A stretch of DNA of 49,693 nucleotides, filler included, from Catajapyx aquilonaris (Eukaryota): the NCBI GenBank assembly GCA_000934665.2. It is 2 parts of 2 records of this genome, joined end to end, with 100 filler letters (N's around TTAATTAATTAA, not from the genome) between each part and the next. Parts side by side here need not be neighbours in the genome. Positions count along the whole stretch, not along the records: positions 1 to 24,739 come from JYFJ02005468.1; positions 24,840 to 49,693 come from KZ539356.1. One strand, given 5' to 3'. This document shows, one piece after another, positions 12,661-26,887 of the stretch. The stretch's first letter is position 1, and the number at the start of each line of letters is the position of its first letter. The position numbers and the translations under genes are program-made. The notes under the pieces are model-generated. The model ran no database searches and was not told the origin of the DNA. It saw only the letters and a program-made list of their open reading frames with translations.

Positions 12661-15600
12661 CCGAGAGATGGCGCTAGCATTGCTGCGCCATCTCTTATCC
12701 TTATACGCCAGAAGATACACTTTCTGTACCCTTTTGAGCAATCTGGAGTTGAACATGACAAGGTCGTGCCCTCGACGTCCAAAAGCGAAGAGGAAAATGT
12801 CCGTATACGTGCGACGGAATCAACACCCGTCACAACTCCGGGAGCGTGAAATCCTATTTCAGCTCTCGTCGTCAAGACGGGAGTGATTTACTTGCAGCTT
12901 TTGAGCCCTACTTAATGCACTTCGCAGCATTTTTACCCCCATCCATATAGTGGAAAAGGGCCATATGCGCATCGAAAGTGCAGAGGGAAGAAAAGAGCAG
13001 AGTCTTGAAGAATGGCCTGGAAATTATGTAGACCTGCGAGGAAGGCCCGATGCAGGATGGGTTCTAATGAGTGCAGAAAACTTCCGAACCGAAGGAGAGC
13101 AGAAAAAGTGGGTCTGTTGATGCTTGGGCAGAGACTATACATGGATCGTTTGAGCACAAGTGCATTGCAGGCATATTTCAATCTTTCCGCCTTAAAAATA
13201 CGACACTGTAGACCTAATTTTTTAAAACAAGTTTGCGAATACCGCATATTCTAGAAATTTAATTATTTATTAACATTTTGCTCCATTTTTTTTACATTAT
13301 GTGTGCTCCACATATTGAAACACTCACGAAACGCAATATCTACAAGCAGCTGAGGGATTACATGGCAGCACAGGTGCTTCACAACAACAATGCCCTGCGA
13401 GTCGTGAGGCTACAAGAAAATTGGTCAGGTTTTCTCCTTGGTACGGTACACACATAACTTAAGGTTGGAAGCACGTCAAAGAATAAGGGCCTCCAGAGTC
13501 CGAGGTCGGCCCCATTTTCTTTGGCCTGGGAGACGTGACAAATGGCGACCATTTTTCCTTCCACCCGGAATGATGCGCACAGAAGGTGTACTTGAAGTTG
13601 GCTCCAAGAATTACTAGAGTCCCTAACTTCTAGTGCGGTGACGTAGGTCCGCTGCTTCACTGGCCTCTTCTTATGTGAAAGGGTGAATGGGGACAATGAT
13701 CTCATTCCGGGTGAGGACGTTTTAGAAGCGTGGGTTCAGGAAAGAAGAAAAAAAAACTAGAGTAAATATGGGCCATGTTTGGGGAACATTATTCATGGGC
13801 AGGAGAGATTATTATAAACCGTAATTTTGCTGTGTTACACATTTACAGCCAGCGGCTCTTAGGTGTCAGTCCTGGCTTTTTTATCGGTTTATAAATCATG
13901 AGGCAAGACCTGCGTTTGCACTGCATTACGAATCTAGTTAAGTTGTGCAATGCGTGTTGATTTCTATGCTAATTTAGCGATCGGCGCAATTGTGTGGCCT
14001 TGAGTGACTCAGGTAAAAAATCATATGAAGACCTGAAAATGGATATGTTCAACACAAGGGCGTATTACACAATTTTGAACCAGTATCAAATAAATGTGGG
14101 TCTAGTGCTGGTGGACTCTATAGGTAAGAATTAAAAATAGACCATATATGTCACTGGTTGGTCAATGGAAGCTTGGTCTCCCAGGATGGGGTTCCAATGA
14201 CGTTGCTTGTGAAGGAGACGAGATTCCATTCATTGGAGTGAATGGCTCCTGGCCTAAGCCCAAGGACGGGCAGAAAATAGGCTGCGGTTGGGTAGCTCTT
14301 ACTGACATAACGTACATGCATTGTGTGTATACCGTAGGCTCATTCACACGCCGAAGTTCACGGTTCACAACCTCTTCCTCTTGCTTAAATATTGGGCTCG
14401 GTCCTTGTAATATATTTTTCTGCATATATACGAGATGTCATGCCATGACCTCCTTCAGGTTATTTGCATAAAATTCTGAAAATTATAGGATGAACCACAT
14501 TTTTGTATCATGCTGGTGAGAGGTGTTATGATATGGCCACTGCTCATTTCAGTTTGGTGGTTTGTTGCCGTCGACCCCTGGAGCAATTTATTTTCCGGAT
14601 CGCTGGGGGATCGACCATTACGGGGAATAAAAGCCAGAGTTATTGGAATCACGAAACGGCAGCTCCCAAAAAATCTGAAGGCGGCATTTGGCCCCTTGGA
14701 CCAACCTTGTTTGAGCTTTGGGAAGTGGGGAAAAGTAAAGTTGGCTCTGGAAAGGGTTTGCACTGCTAGGGTGAAGTAATGCTCAGGGCTATTCTCCGCC
14801 GCTTACGAGCTGTTGAGCCTGTCAAGCCGAATCAAGCCCTGACTGATAGGTACATCTATTGTGATTGGGGAAAGGGAGGCTTACGTTTATTGCGACAACA
14901 CGAGCCCTGGAACTCTGGTGACGCTAGATTCCTCAAGGGGGGACCCCTATATGTTTGTAATACTAGGTAACACCAACCCCCCAGTATGTACTGTTGCAAC
15001 GGGACTTGCGATGGTTGTAACCTACATTACGTGAACCTTGTACTAAAAAGTGCTGAGGCCGAATATTCATTTTCAGTGAGTATTACCGAGAATACATATA
15101 TGTTATATGTAGGAAATTGGACGGACTGTTCCGACGGTGCGTAAAAGATTTACGTCGGATTTGGAGCTGAAGCGGCGTACTTTTCAGGCGGAAGAGGATA
15201 AAGAGTGGGATGGACCCCCCTGATTACACATCCCCCCAAAAAAGAGAGAGAGTCCGCAGTCAGATTTTTTTTACATGTGAAGTCCGTCCAAATGTACAAG
15301 ATGTGGCGTAAAGTGGCTCTAAAACCGGGATTGAAACCGGGTCGTAAAGGTGCACACCTTGTAAGAAAAAGGAGCCTAGCCAGCTCCAATGCATAATCAG
15401 CGAACTCCAAACCTTGCCAAGGAATGGAAATTCCTTCGCACTTGGACACACTTTACAGCAGACTTGATGGCCTCTGGGAAGGAAGGAACATTTTGACTCC
15501 TCCTCCCCCGTCTTCTTTTCCTTCATCTTCTGTAACTCCTTCTTTTATTTGACGGCGACACCAAGGGGAAGTTGAATGAGGCGTCGGATCAGACATTGGA

Positions 15601-16669
15601 GGTTTTTTTCTCCACCGAATAGGAGATTGGGGTCAGCAGGGCGGAAGAAAGATTTGCCTATTGTTTTCTTGGGGCTGGGTTGGGTTTGTTGATGAGTAAG
15701 GAAACCTGGGGAAATGCTAGGTACTGTGCTAGTTCTAGTGCTTTTCAGTTGCTCATGGCTATTGTACATTAGACTGTCAGGGGCCTGACAGCCGAGTGCG
15801 CAATAGCTCACGGCGTTTATTTTAAGTACCGGAAATATTACTCGCGGTTACAAGACAAACACGTGTACTCGATGGGGACAATGGAATGATCGATTGGAAA
15901 ATTCCGGATCACTTAATAGTAATATATTGACCCATGCTCTCAGTACCTACCCAGACTATAGGCCGATAGTTTTCTAGTTAGCATTTTCCGGTTCATTGAT
16001 TTACAGCGGTGTTGTCAAAGTTAGTGTGTGGCCTAAGTCTTAGATCCACATTCACCAGACTCATTAGAACGGTAGTTAGCTTCTATTGCATAGCTGGAGA
16101 ACCCTCCCTGAAGCCAATTTCACCAGGTTACCGATACGGCCCCACGATTAACAAGATCAACTCTTCTCCCACCAAATGAGGGCCCTAATTAAGCATTCCG
16201 ATTATTACTTTTAATCCGGGCAGAGTGCGCTCATAAAGGCCTGAAATGCGAACAAGACGACAAGTCCGGTGGAGTGGTTTTCCAGAGAAGGAAAAGGGAT
16301 CAGCCGAGCGAAAAGAGAGTCCCCACCAAATCCCAGCAGCTAAAATGATCTGGGTCTGTAATAAAAGGGCGATTCCAGTGTGTTTCTGGCTGGTGTGGGA
16401 AGAGGTATAAAAGAAGGTTCTTCCGCATCCGTGAAGCTGGACCTCTCAAATTATTTCTTCGGTTCTCTGCGGATTCGGCGGATATGTGGGCGGAACAGTG
16501 ATGTCATTAAAAAGGAGGATGAACGAATATCCTTGGTGGTAATGTCCAAGGAAAACGTGATAATTATTGACTGTTTACCGTTTGATTTTCTATGAATATT
16601 AGGATCCACGGTACTATAAATTTGGGCGTGTAAAGCATGCGGCACGAAACTTCCGCAACTCTCTTTCGT

Positions 16670-16748
16670 CACTTGCAAATTGCTTAGAATGGCTTCCAGA
16701 TCATTTTCACTCTCTGCCATTGTCTAAATCAGCCAACGAGAGGACTGG
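16670..16748 (-). pseudogene. Decayed non-LTR (LINE) reverse transcriptase fragment
   Basis: The minus strand reads VLSLADL, then after a frameshift MAESENDLEAILSNLQ. This resembles the LINE RT segment L.FADD..L.AESE.DLQ..L..L. Confidence 0.4.
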
Positions 16749-19700
16749 TTTTGAGAAAGAGCGTGTTTGGGCCGTGCCGCTACGTTGTGTACGTGTGTGT
16801 GCCCTGTCTTTGAAGCCCTGAAGAACCAAATGATGCCGTTGATAAGTAACGGCCCTGTGAAGGCTCAAGAATGATGGCTCCTTGTTTTGCTCTGCTGCGT
16901 GGCATCTCCACCGGTAGCCATACTATCGAGTTGACCCATGACCAAACTATGGCATAGTATCAGGGCCAGACTATGCACCGGTATCTGCAAACAGGTTTTG
17001 GAGGAATCTGCAGACATGTGAGAGTAAGTCTTATGGGAAGAGGAAGGGCGTCATTATCTTACGAACCAATATTTGCAAATCAGTCCAATTAGCGCCGTGT
17101 GGCAATCCCGGTTTTTTTTCATGAGTCTTCGAACCCAGTCCCCCGTAACCAAAATGGCTGGGTTTGTACAGGAGGAATAGCTGCTGGGGAGGTCGTCAAC
17201 CCCTTTCCTTTAGCGTGTTTGTTGGGCTGCCCAGCTACCACCTTGTCCAAGATCATGCACCGGACCCACTGGGACTTTTTTGCTGGAGGTTGATGAAAAA
17301 CATGAATTCTTGGGGGGGATTAATTGTTGTCGTGGTGCATTGCAAAATTTTAGTTGATGCTTTGCGTTTAAGGGTGGTCGATGTAACGTGGGTAGTTTTA
17401 ATTAGATTAGTCCCTGCGTGTGAGTAGCCTCTTGTTAGGGAGGATATAGTTACATATGTTGGCTTGCGGCTTTTGGATTGTGGAAGTTGTAACTAACGCA
17501 TGTGTTAATTGGAATATGTGGATTTGAAGCTTTTTGTACCTCAGGTGAGGTAGAGTTGATTTGTATTAAATCTGCATGTAGCCTAATGTTTCTTACATAC
17601 TGTACTGGACTATACTATTGTTAAAGACTAGACTACATTAACAACAATCAAATTAACATTAAAAATAGTACAGGCACGAGATATTTGTGAATAATGGAAA
17701 ACCCCCAAATGATGTTAAATTTCCACACATCTACTAATTTATTGTCATCAGTAACATCGGAATTGGCGCGTTCATTCAATAACGATAACATTGCATGCCA
17801 AAAGCTGTGCAGAATGTGTTGGATGAATATTTGCTATTCATATGTAAACATTGCAGAGAGTCGGGCAGTGGGATGCAGAAACTTTGCAAAGGGTGTGCGA
17901 CCCACCGTGTTCAGTAATGCATTCTAATAAGGGTGCATAATAGTGTGTGAAAACAAATACACAAACATATGGTCTATTTACATGCAGAAGTCGTTATTAA
18001 TCTTTACCGTCCTCGTGAATGCCCCGTAATTTTATGCAGTATGTGCGAATTAAACATACGGCCACAGTACTGGCCTAGACTGCTAACTTGATGGGAGATA
18101 ACTGTACAGGTTATGCAAATTTACACATGGTCAATCCTGTAGCGAGTAAATCACGTGCGATCTAGATCCTTCGGAATTTGTTTGATTTGAATAACAGTCA
18201 ATGCCACACAAGTGTCAACATCCTCATTCCTGTTATGTTGAAATACAGCATTGTTAGCGAAAATTGAATATTTGAGACCTTGAGTCGGCCATTATCTGCA
18301 ACAAAGTCACGAAATTGACACGGCACGTATAGTGGGAGGGTGGTTGACTTATGCTAGGGTGGAAAGTGCACCATTCTCATGGGGGGGATGGTAATTTAAG
18401 ACCTGGTGGGGCAGGTGACGTGTCCTTGCATCCCGTGTTTGGGTCATGTCCCGTTGCTCCTGAGGGAAAGGGCTGGCTAGGACTAGCCAGGGAAAGGCAA
18501 AAAAAAACCTTGAACCTTGCCCAGTTGGTGACCAAATTTTTCTTAGCGATTTTCATCTTCAGTATGACGCATCTGCGGTGTCACGTTCCATCCAAGCAAA
18601 TGATACATTGTGATTTAATTGGCTTCAATCCGGTTCGAACTGATAGGAGTGTAAGGTACGAAGGCCAACAAAGGGGCGTACATGCAAAGTAATGCAGCGC
18701 GTGGGGGAAAGTTGTAGGAAGGGTTAGCGCTCTTGCTGAGCTCACCTGTCCGCCAAGCAAGCCAGGTAAGGAGAAGTGGAGGGTTGGCATGGGGAGGTAG
18801 GCAGGTAAGGTAGGGGGGACGGTCATTGACCCGAACCAAGTTCTTTCAAATGGTGGTGCTGGGAACTGGCTAAAAATTGTTGGACATATCCTATTTTCAT
18901 CGATATTCAAATGAATTTACATGCTCAAAAATAATTTTAGTATAAAACTTGCGGGTATTTACGTTTGTGCTGCTATGGGTGAGTGCATGTAGAATCTAAC
19001 GGGAGAGTTTGAAACAGTTAGAGGTCTGGCAAGTGGACTTTGGGATTGGTTTGTATGGTAATGTGTCTAGGCGATTTTTAAGATGGGGAGGCCATATCTG
19101 GTTGAATCGTCGCTTCCGTGGCAAAGTCCAACTGGGTTTAGAGGCGTCTGGAGATAAAAATATGGGTGTCGTTTTCGGTCTGAACTGGCTGGGAAAAACA
19201 GCAGGTTAACGATGTGAAACCAGTCCTAGTCTCGCGGTTCGATCTCTGGAATGGAGCCATTTTTCCCGTGTGGGTACGCCCTCGCCCACAATTAAGATTA
19301 GGCCTACCACTTCCACTCTTATAACTTCCCATTTCCGGATTTCGACGAGGTGTAATCTAAAACAGGTGTATTGTAACTGTAATTGCAAGCTGCATACTGG
19401 AAGGTGTAGGAGATATTAATTTTAGCAGGGCTTTGAAGACGGGTTAATGAGCTGGGTGTCTTGGATTACAAATAACCTGTCGTCTGTCGGGTTACATATT
19501 ACAGCGTGTAATGTGCCAGAGTAACTTTAGTGCGGAGGTTAATGAATAATCACGTGCTATATTTTCATTAGGCAGCACTAATAGTAGGATCTGCTGTTGA
19601 TTGATTCAAAATTAGAAACCAAAGTTCTAACAGGTAAAAATTTTGCTGTGGAGTGTAATTGGCATTTTTACGATAATCTGAAACTCTGTGGAGTCTAACC

Positions 19701-22700
19701 ACACCATTTTTTTGTGATAGCACTGCATGTATCGTGTAGGTGTACTATATACAGAGACATAGAAGTGGGCGTGGAAGGTAATTACATCGGAGCTTTCCAG
19801 GCCGAGTCGGACAACGGTTCAATACCAGTCCTGGGAGCATTTGGGTTTCGATTTCCAGCTGAAAATATGAGAACCCCGTGGAAGTGAGTCTTGATGCTCT
19901 CGTGATTGGCGAAAGGGAGGAAAACCCTGGCGGTGATTCCTGGCGAGGTATTCCCATCTGAAGGTGCCAGCCATTTGGGAAAATCTGGCTTGAAGGATGA
20001 TGTGCACTAGGTCTGTACGATATATAGCAAAATATTATCAGAAAGTACAGCCAACCCACAGCAATCAAGGGGAATATCTGGTTTTTTTCCTGCATTGTTT
20101 ACCCCGGGAGTTTCTATATGTACAGTTCGACTGATTGATTGATTTGTTTGTATCGCTACCCATTTTGCAGCTCTGCCTTTGTTGTCCGTATCAGGTACGC
20201 ATCCACACGCCAATACCGAATTTATTTGACGGGAAAAACAATAATATGGAAACTCATCCACCTAATTAAAAAGTAATGCCCTTCTAAATCTGTTTGCGGT
20301 GCTATTATGGTAATGATAGCACACTAGAGATCAATAAATTATGCATTGTCCGGATTTCAAAGGTGCGATTAAATTAAAATCCCCCCTGCTTGTTTGTGAT
20401 GGAGATTTACACAGCCTGAATTCCTGTAAAAAAAAATTATTGAGAATGGTACGCACTCATGCACAACGATCAGTACAGACTCTTGAAATCGATGAGCTTT
20501 GGTCATTGATCTCTTGTATAAGTAATGGGGCGGTAAATTCTTTCCATCAGGGGGTATATGGGCGGGTGTCTCTCTTACAATCCCAGCAGTTAACCCTTTT
20601 TTCGATTTTCATTCAGTGGATTCGCTGGAATGTCCCCCCCTAAGCCAGGACATGCCAATGCGGATGTCCCCAACATGTGAACTGGGATGGGAATATGTCA
20701 CGCCCTCACACCTAACCCCCCACCACCACCGACCGGAAATATTCACACCCTGCACCAAAGCCATGGACTGATTTTATTAGTTCCTACCGCTTTTCATCGG
20801 CCACTGTAGTGCGGTCCGGTTCCACTTCGGACCGCTTCATAATGGCGCGTAACTTGATTCCGTTGGCTGGGATTGAATATAACACCCAGCTGGATTTTCA
20901 GTCGGGTGCAACAGTCGATTTGCATGCCGGTTTGGTGTTACGTCTGGTGCATGGGAGGTTTAAAAAAAAAATGCATCCCCCAGGTTGTATTTAGCATAAT
21001 GATCCTCATACATGCAGCCCCAATTGCTACAAATGGCATACTGCTGTTCACCTGCTGGCATTATTTGCGAGTTGGCAGTTTTGTTGAGAGATGGCGTGAA
21101 TGTCGGGTGGACAGTTAGTCGTGAGACAGCCCGAGACGGCGGGGAATTCGAAATTGATTGGCGCAATGTCTGCCGAAGTTTCCGCCAGATTAAGCGCGGT
21201 TTAACCCAACGGAAGCCGACATCTTTTCATGTCAAGACGGTGCCTTGATTTGCGACAGAAATCCCTTGGAAGTGTAAGGTGTGCTCTATATGAGCAGTGT
21301 TGCTTTTGTCAACTGAGTCTACAGGACGTGTCACTTGAGCCACATAGCTCTTCACTTCCAGCTGGATCAGTCAATACGGAGGCAATAATTGCGACCTAGT
21401 TGAAGCCCATTCGAGGGGTTGTTCGGACCCGGAAGAAGGGGACATTTGAGAGAAGAAAAGACCATAGCAGTGCCCTCGAATTGGGCTGGAATGAATTTTC
21501 CGAGGAGGTTGCTGCGGGGGTGTAATTTATTACCGCAAACAAAGCCGAGTCGCCCCCGTTCGTTTGTTTTCCGGTGTAATCAAACAAACTGTAAACTCTT
21601 TAGCTGCGGTGTTATTCTGTGTTTTTAACATTTTTATCAGTTTGAGTGACGCAGATTTGACGTCTCCTGCCAACTTGATTATGTGGTGGGGACATCATGC
21701 CAAACTGGTCCAGATATGACGGGTGTGTTTACTGGCGCGTAATCAGCATTTCTAAAAATTTAATTATAAACGGTTACTTTTGTGCACATTCATCCGGGGG
21801 TAATCAACCGCATGGAACAATGCTCACAGAAAACGCTGTTAATGAACTCTGTGACACACGGCTTTTATGGGCTGGTGGTAAATAATAATCATGCACCACG
21901 TATGGAAACGTATGTGATGCACAGAACTTAGAAGAAACCTGAATCAGAGAAATGTCTGGCACGAGGAATTTCTAGGAGTCACTGGAGTCGAGTAGTGTGC
22001 TGGAATGCCAGGAATAATATTTGCAGTGTTTGCTTCTTTGCGGAATCTCACCTGTAAAGTTATCCTCCCCTCGTCGCATTTTCTTGGCAACGAAAAGCTA
22101 GGTTTGAATTCCAGAGTTGGAAGCCTAGGTTGAGCCCTCCATAATCCTCAGGGAGGAGGCCGACAAAAGCGCAGCTATTCCACTGTCAACATTGCTGTTA
22201 TACATACCCTGGCGTTGACTTATGCGATTCAAGCTGTCTAATTCAACTGGTGCACTGATATTAATTTATAATTGGGATTATTTTGCATAATTACATTGAA
22301 ATTTAAATAATCCTTGGTTTGGGTCAGATTTGATTGAAGATGGCTTTTCTCCCACTGTTTCTGTGTAGGCTGAGCTTCTTGGGAGGATTTATACATTTAA
22401 GTGCCCTTCCCCCCCAAGGAAGACGTAGAGTACATTTTGCGCGGAATCAGGGTAGAAAGGGAATCCCCGCGGTTGGAATTGGTTGTGCGGAGGAGCCACC
22501 TGGTTCCTTCATGTCTAGCTCTCAGACAGGTAAGGAATTCTATTCGGCAAACCCCGTCGAGATTTAGGGGTCCGCATCTATCTTGGAATAGGGCGGGCTG
22601 GCAGAGGCTTCGCTTGTTTCGCTGGCATTAATCGGGCGATTTGCAAGCAAACGCGCTCCTGCACTCGCCCCGTTGCCGTTTGACAAGACCTCGCAATTTC

Positions 22701-24739
22701 TCTGGACCTTCCCCAAAACCCACCCATCCTCCTTTCATTGCCATGCACTGCTGGTCACACTTGCCTTCCTGCAAACCCAGGCCATTCCAGGCCGGGGTAA
22801 ATCACCTCTCAGCAGAAATTGTGCGATTGGGAACGCAAATTCAGGTGCGGCCATGGGCATGTGCTGTTTCTATAGGATGGTACGAATCGCCATATTTTTA
22901 TGTGCAGGAAGCGAATAAAAATAAGAGCTAGTGTTCTTTGCCACGCTGCTCCGATGGCGTCTTTATCCTGCTTTCCTATCTTGCTTGCTCCAGCAGTTTT
23001 CAGCTGGAGCAAAAAAGTACACAAGGAAGCGCCTCCTATATGTATTTGCTATTGTCTGAGACCTTTTTTCGTCTTCCCTTCTCTGAATCGCAGGCAGTCA
23101 TCCTACAAGGCCGTTTTATTCGGAGCCTTTTCCGCATATCATGTTGGGTATTTCTTGCGATTCGTAATTGCAAGTTGTACACGATGCCTGTCGCGTACTA
23201 GTTTAATGAGAGGGATTTTTCATTAACTGACTGTGTGCAGGAGGTTTGAAATAAGTTATATTTGACTGTAAAACTAGTACGTATCTGACGTTGGAAATTT
23301 ATATTGTACTGTACCTTGCGCAATATTTGCAAATGTTAGAAGTTCAATATACTGTATGCGAAACGTTTCGTGAAGTTATGGCATCGAGTACCACCCATAA
23401 AGGTACATTGACACTGCTCACTAATTAACTGAGGACTGTGTGTAGTAACCCATGAAAATGGTCCAGGACATGATTGGAAAATTCGCCTCCACAACTCGTT
23501 ATCATTGAAACGAAAGGCGAAGTGCTGCAACCTATAATCTTCCAACCAGGATATTCATCTGCGAAAACCCTCACCTGGGACACGACGAAAAAAAAAAAAA
23601 AAAAATGTCGCCCAAGCAGTATTCGGAGCTAGGGGTAAAATAATCGACCATAAATTACGAATTAGATGCAGTGCCTTTAGGGGGTGGTGGGGCACTCTGG
23701 GATTTATGATTTGGAAGACTGATTATCCCCGCCATCCCCCGGATAGTGGCGCTTTTCCCTCCCTGGCTCTCATGCTCCCCAATAAAGAAATTAATAATGG
23801 ATTCCATAACCCCGTTGGGGAGTTGGTTCCAGCCGAGCCTGAGGGGGGAAAGAGGCTTGCAAAACAGGTGGTTAGGAATTCCCCCCGGCAGCTAACGAAT
23901 GGGAGCATTTATCTTGGACACCCTTTTCCTACCCACCCACCCCTCTCCATTATCATGCGCTGGTAATCCCACCTACGGCCATCTACACACATATGCCCAT
24001 TATCTAGGACCCAGACCCTCCACACTCCACGGGGGAAAATTCAATAAGGGATTCGGCCATTTTTACAATATTGTTGAGGGGTTGAATATTTTAAAATTGG
24101 GTGCCTCAGGTGTGGAGATGATGTGATGAATATTCGCTGTGGAATATCGGGTATGAGCCAATCTTCTTTGTAGATTCTACTTCATTTTTTTTTGTTTGAC
24201 TAAGGCGTACTCCTTTGTCTTGTCTTAATTGCAGCTATATGCAGCTTTTTCAAAAGGGCTCTTTTAACTGGATGTAACATTCTTGTGTTTCTTTGAAGAC
24301 GACAGCCTCGAGCTTCTCGTTCCTAATGACATTATACGCTTTATTGTCAATTGTCCGTTTCCGAATAATTGCTGACAATGCCTATTATCTTGACTGGCAG
24401 GTTTTGAGTGGCAACGTGAACTGAATACCTGAGCTTGAAAGAGGAATATATGGGTCACATTTTTGCCAGGTTGCGTGTGTGTTGGAGATGTTAACATGCC
24501 TTTGCTAGAGGAAGAGGAGGAGAGGAAGCACAATGCATATGCCTGGTGCATCGTGGAAAAAATATAATAGTTTCAATAGGGTACAAGCTGGACCGTGTCA
24601 TAATAGTGGGAAAAAAGCAGGAAGAGTGTCGGAGGTGACCTGAAAGCACTAGAGATTTTTTTTTTTTTTTTCAATGCCGGGGTTGATGCATAAATCTGGG
24701 AGGCAACGGTACCGCCACGTTCCTCGTACCCACCGGAAG

Positions 24740-24839
24740 NNNNNNNNNNNNNNNNNNNNNNNNNNNNNNNNNNNNNNNNNNNNTTAATTAATTAANNNNN
24801 NNNNNNNNNNNNNNNNNNNNNNNNNNNNNNNNNNNNNNN
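24740..24839. other. Artificial contig-joining spacer with six-frame stop linker
   Basis: 44 N, TTAATTAATTAA (24784-24795), 44 N, totalling exactly 100 bp. TTAATTAATTAA places stop codons in all six frames. Confidence 0.95.
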
Positions 24840-25336
24840 AAAACCTACTCCATATGCTAAATCGTTGCGGCACACCAATGCTTAATAAAAATTCGTTAAG
24901 AATGTCACAGCAGATGTTCTGGACACGCGCGAAGTACTGTTTATACTTCTACACATTTCACAGTATAACATGACGAACTCGGTAGACGACAACGTATACT
25001 ACTCCTGTCATGTGAATTATTGCTCCAATGCAGCAGTGACGCAACATATTCTTGCGAGACGAAGAGATTAGTTGGCAAACCAGTAATTTCGACTGACTAT
25101 TTTAGGACGTTGGCGTGCAACACACTCTCTGTCTCTGCCTTAGTCTCCTGAACATGTACTAACTTGTATGAGCTCATCATCTATCAGTGTACCAATTTTC
25201 AGCTCAGGTAGTCATTTTGGCTTACACATCTTGACTTACTGTACTGTACATGGATTCACATTTTTATGTACACATAAATTTCGGAAGACCTAAAATGCAA
25301 AGAACCTGAAGTGATAGGCTTGGTTTTTCATTGCAG

Positions 25337-25567
25337 GAAATAATCTTCGACCTGTTGGGTGCTGTGATGTACATCACCACTGGATCTCTCATAGGGGAGT
25401 TTTACAGCTCGTCTTATTCGGACCTTTTCGCCAAGTACGAGCTCCCCACTGGAGGTGACCCTACCGGGCTTGCCATCATCTCGGTTATTACAGGATCTCT
25501 TTTCCTCATAGACTTTATATGGGTTCTCTTCGATAGACGAACTTTGCAAAAAGAGCAGCGCCGATAG
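25337..25567 (+). CDS. Terminal exon of MARVEL/Snakeskin-like membrane protein gene 1 (upstream exons not found)
   Basis: Acceptor ttggtttttcattgcag|GAA, phase 0, 76 codons plus TAG: EIIFDLLGAVMYITTGSLIGEFYSSS...GLAIISVITGSLFLIDFIWVLF...RR*. It has two hydrophobic helices and aligns by eye with exon 3 of gene 2. Confidence 0.88.
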   Translation, partial: EIIFDLLGAVMYITTGSLIGEFYSSSYSDLFAKYELPTGGDPTGLAIISVITGSLFLIDFIWVLFDRRTLQKEQRR

Positions 25568-26083
25568 GTTCCGCTGCTGCCAGTGATAAGTGTATCTTTT
25601 AAAAAGACGGTTGCAGGGTCGTACAAATCCAATAGTGAGACAGGTTGCATGTCAACATGTAGGTCAACAATATCCCACCTTCAGGTTGGCTCCAGCCAGA
25701 TTACAAATAGCCTCTCACGTATTTTGTTGATAGCACACTTACACGCACATCAGTTAGTAGGTTTATTCGACTGACCTGGTGATTTTTGTTAATAATCTAT
25801 ACCTCAGCAACGGCATGACAAAATTTCATTGATTTATTAAGATGCCAATCATTCAGGTCGTTCTGCAACACAATGATTGTGTATTAGAAGGTGGGCTACC
25901 TAAGCGCCAAAGTACTCCTGTAAACTGTCGCCTCTGTATGGAGCAAAATATGGCTTTTGTTGACTGTCCAACTTGTGGTCATATATTATAAAGTCACTAT
26001 TTGATATTTTTGAAACTAAGATATTTTGAAAATATTATTAATAATTGTGCCATTATGTGACTGCCATGTCAAGAATGATTCCT

Positions 26084-26261
26084 TACACTGAAAACTGGGA
26101 GTGTATTAAAACTGGAACAGGTGAATAATTTTTCATGTTATTCATTTTCATACATACTGCATATTTATGCATTAAAATGAATAAAGGGAAATATTTTATT
26201 CGCATGTCCCAGTTTTAAGTTGGCAAGTGAATAAAATTAAGCACTCCAGGTTTTTAGTGTA
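26084..26261. mobile_element. Small fold-back MITE
   Basis: Imperfect TIRs TACACTGAAAACTGGGAGTG and CACTCCAGGTTTTTAGTGTA, plus an inner inverted pair TTAAAACTGGAACAGGTGAATAA and TTATTCGCATGTCCCAGTTTTAA. Confidence 0.75.
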
Positions 26262-26549
26262 TGAAAACACCAGATTATAAAGTGATTATTAGAGATATAA
26301 AGCGCATAATAAGTATACTTTCGAAATTTCAAAGTGCGAATGGTTATACTGGAAAATTATGGACTATAGTGCTTGAATCTGGTATATAAAACATATTAAA
26401 AGTTGTTATATGCCATATCGTGTGATATGGTGTGGTCATTTGTTGAATTATGCCTCATCACAACATGCTGGCTCAATATTTACCACAATATCGTTGAGAC
26501 TTTAGTGTGAAATTAACAATGGCGCAAACGTATCGTGACACGAAATATA

Positions 26550-26760
26550 CAGGGTGTCTCTACTTTTTTGTCCGAATAGTTATCGGAAAAGCCTATGTAT
26601 CTTCTAGCTATGTAGCCAGAATATGCCCTAACATTCCTGGCACATCCCTCAACTGATAAAGCCAGGGAAGCATCACTGGTTGCAAGTCACTGCTAAAAAA
26701 ATAAGCAGCTTAGTGCAATATTTCCGATAATTGTTTGGACAAAAAAGCTGAGACACCCTG
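26550..26760. mobile_element. Tc1/mariner-type MITE (CAGGGTGTCTC ends)
   Basis: TA|CAGGGTGTCTCTACTTTTTTGTCCGAATAGTTATCGGAAA ... TTTCCGATAATTGTTTGGACAAAAAAGCTGAGACACCCTG|TA. Confidence 0.9.
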
Positions 26761-26887
26761 TAGATTCTTTGCATATATGCAGCGTGTTTCAATAATTGAG
26801 GTATTAATTTCAGTTAGCGATTTCTCGCACTACAGGCTGTCGTTACTTTCCATCGGTTACTTTTGGAAGCTATCGGTATTTAAAATA

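Noticed and set aside
277..24551. Many 60-163 aa ORFs in the left segment
   Set aside because: They overlap in several frames, show no sustained homology or splice-supported structure, and have lengths typical of random ORFs.
24784..24795. TTAATTAATTAA as a biological palindrome or piggyBac site
   Set aside because: It is centred in a symmetric N spacer and is an artificial linker.
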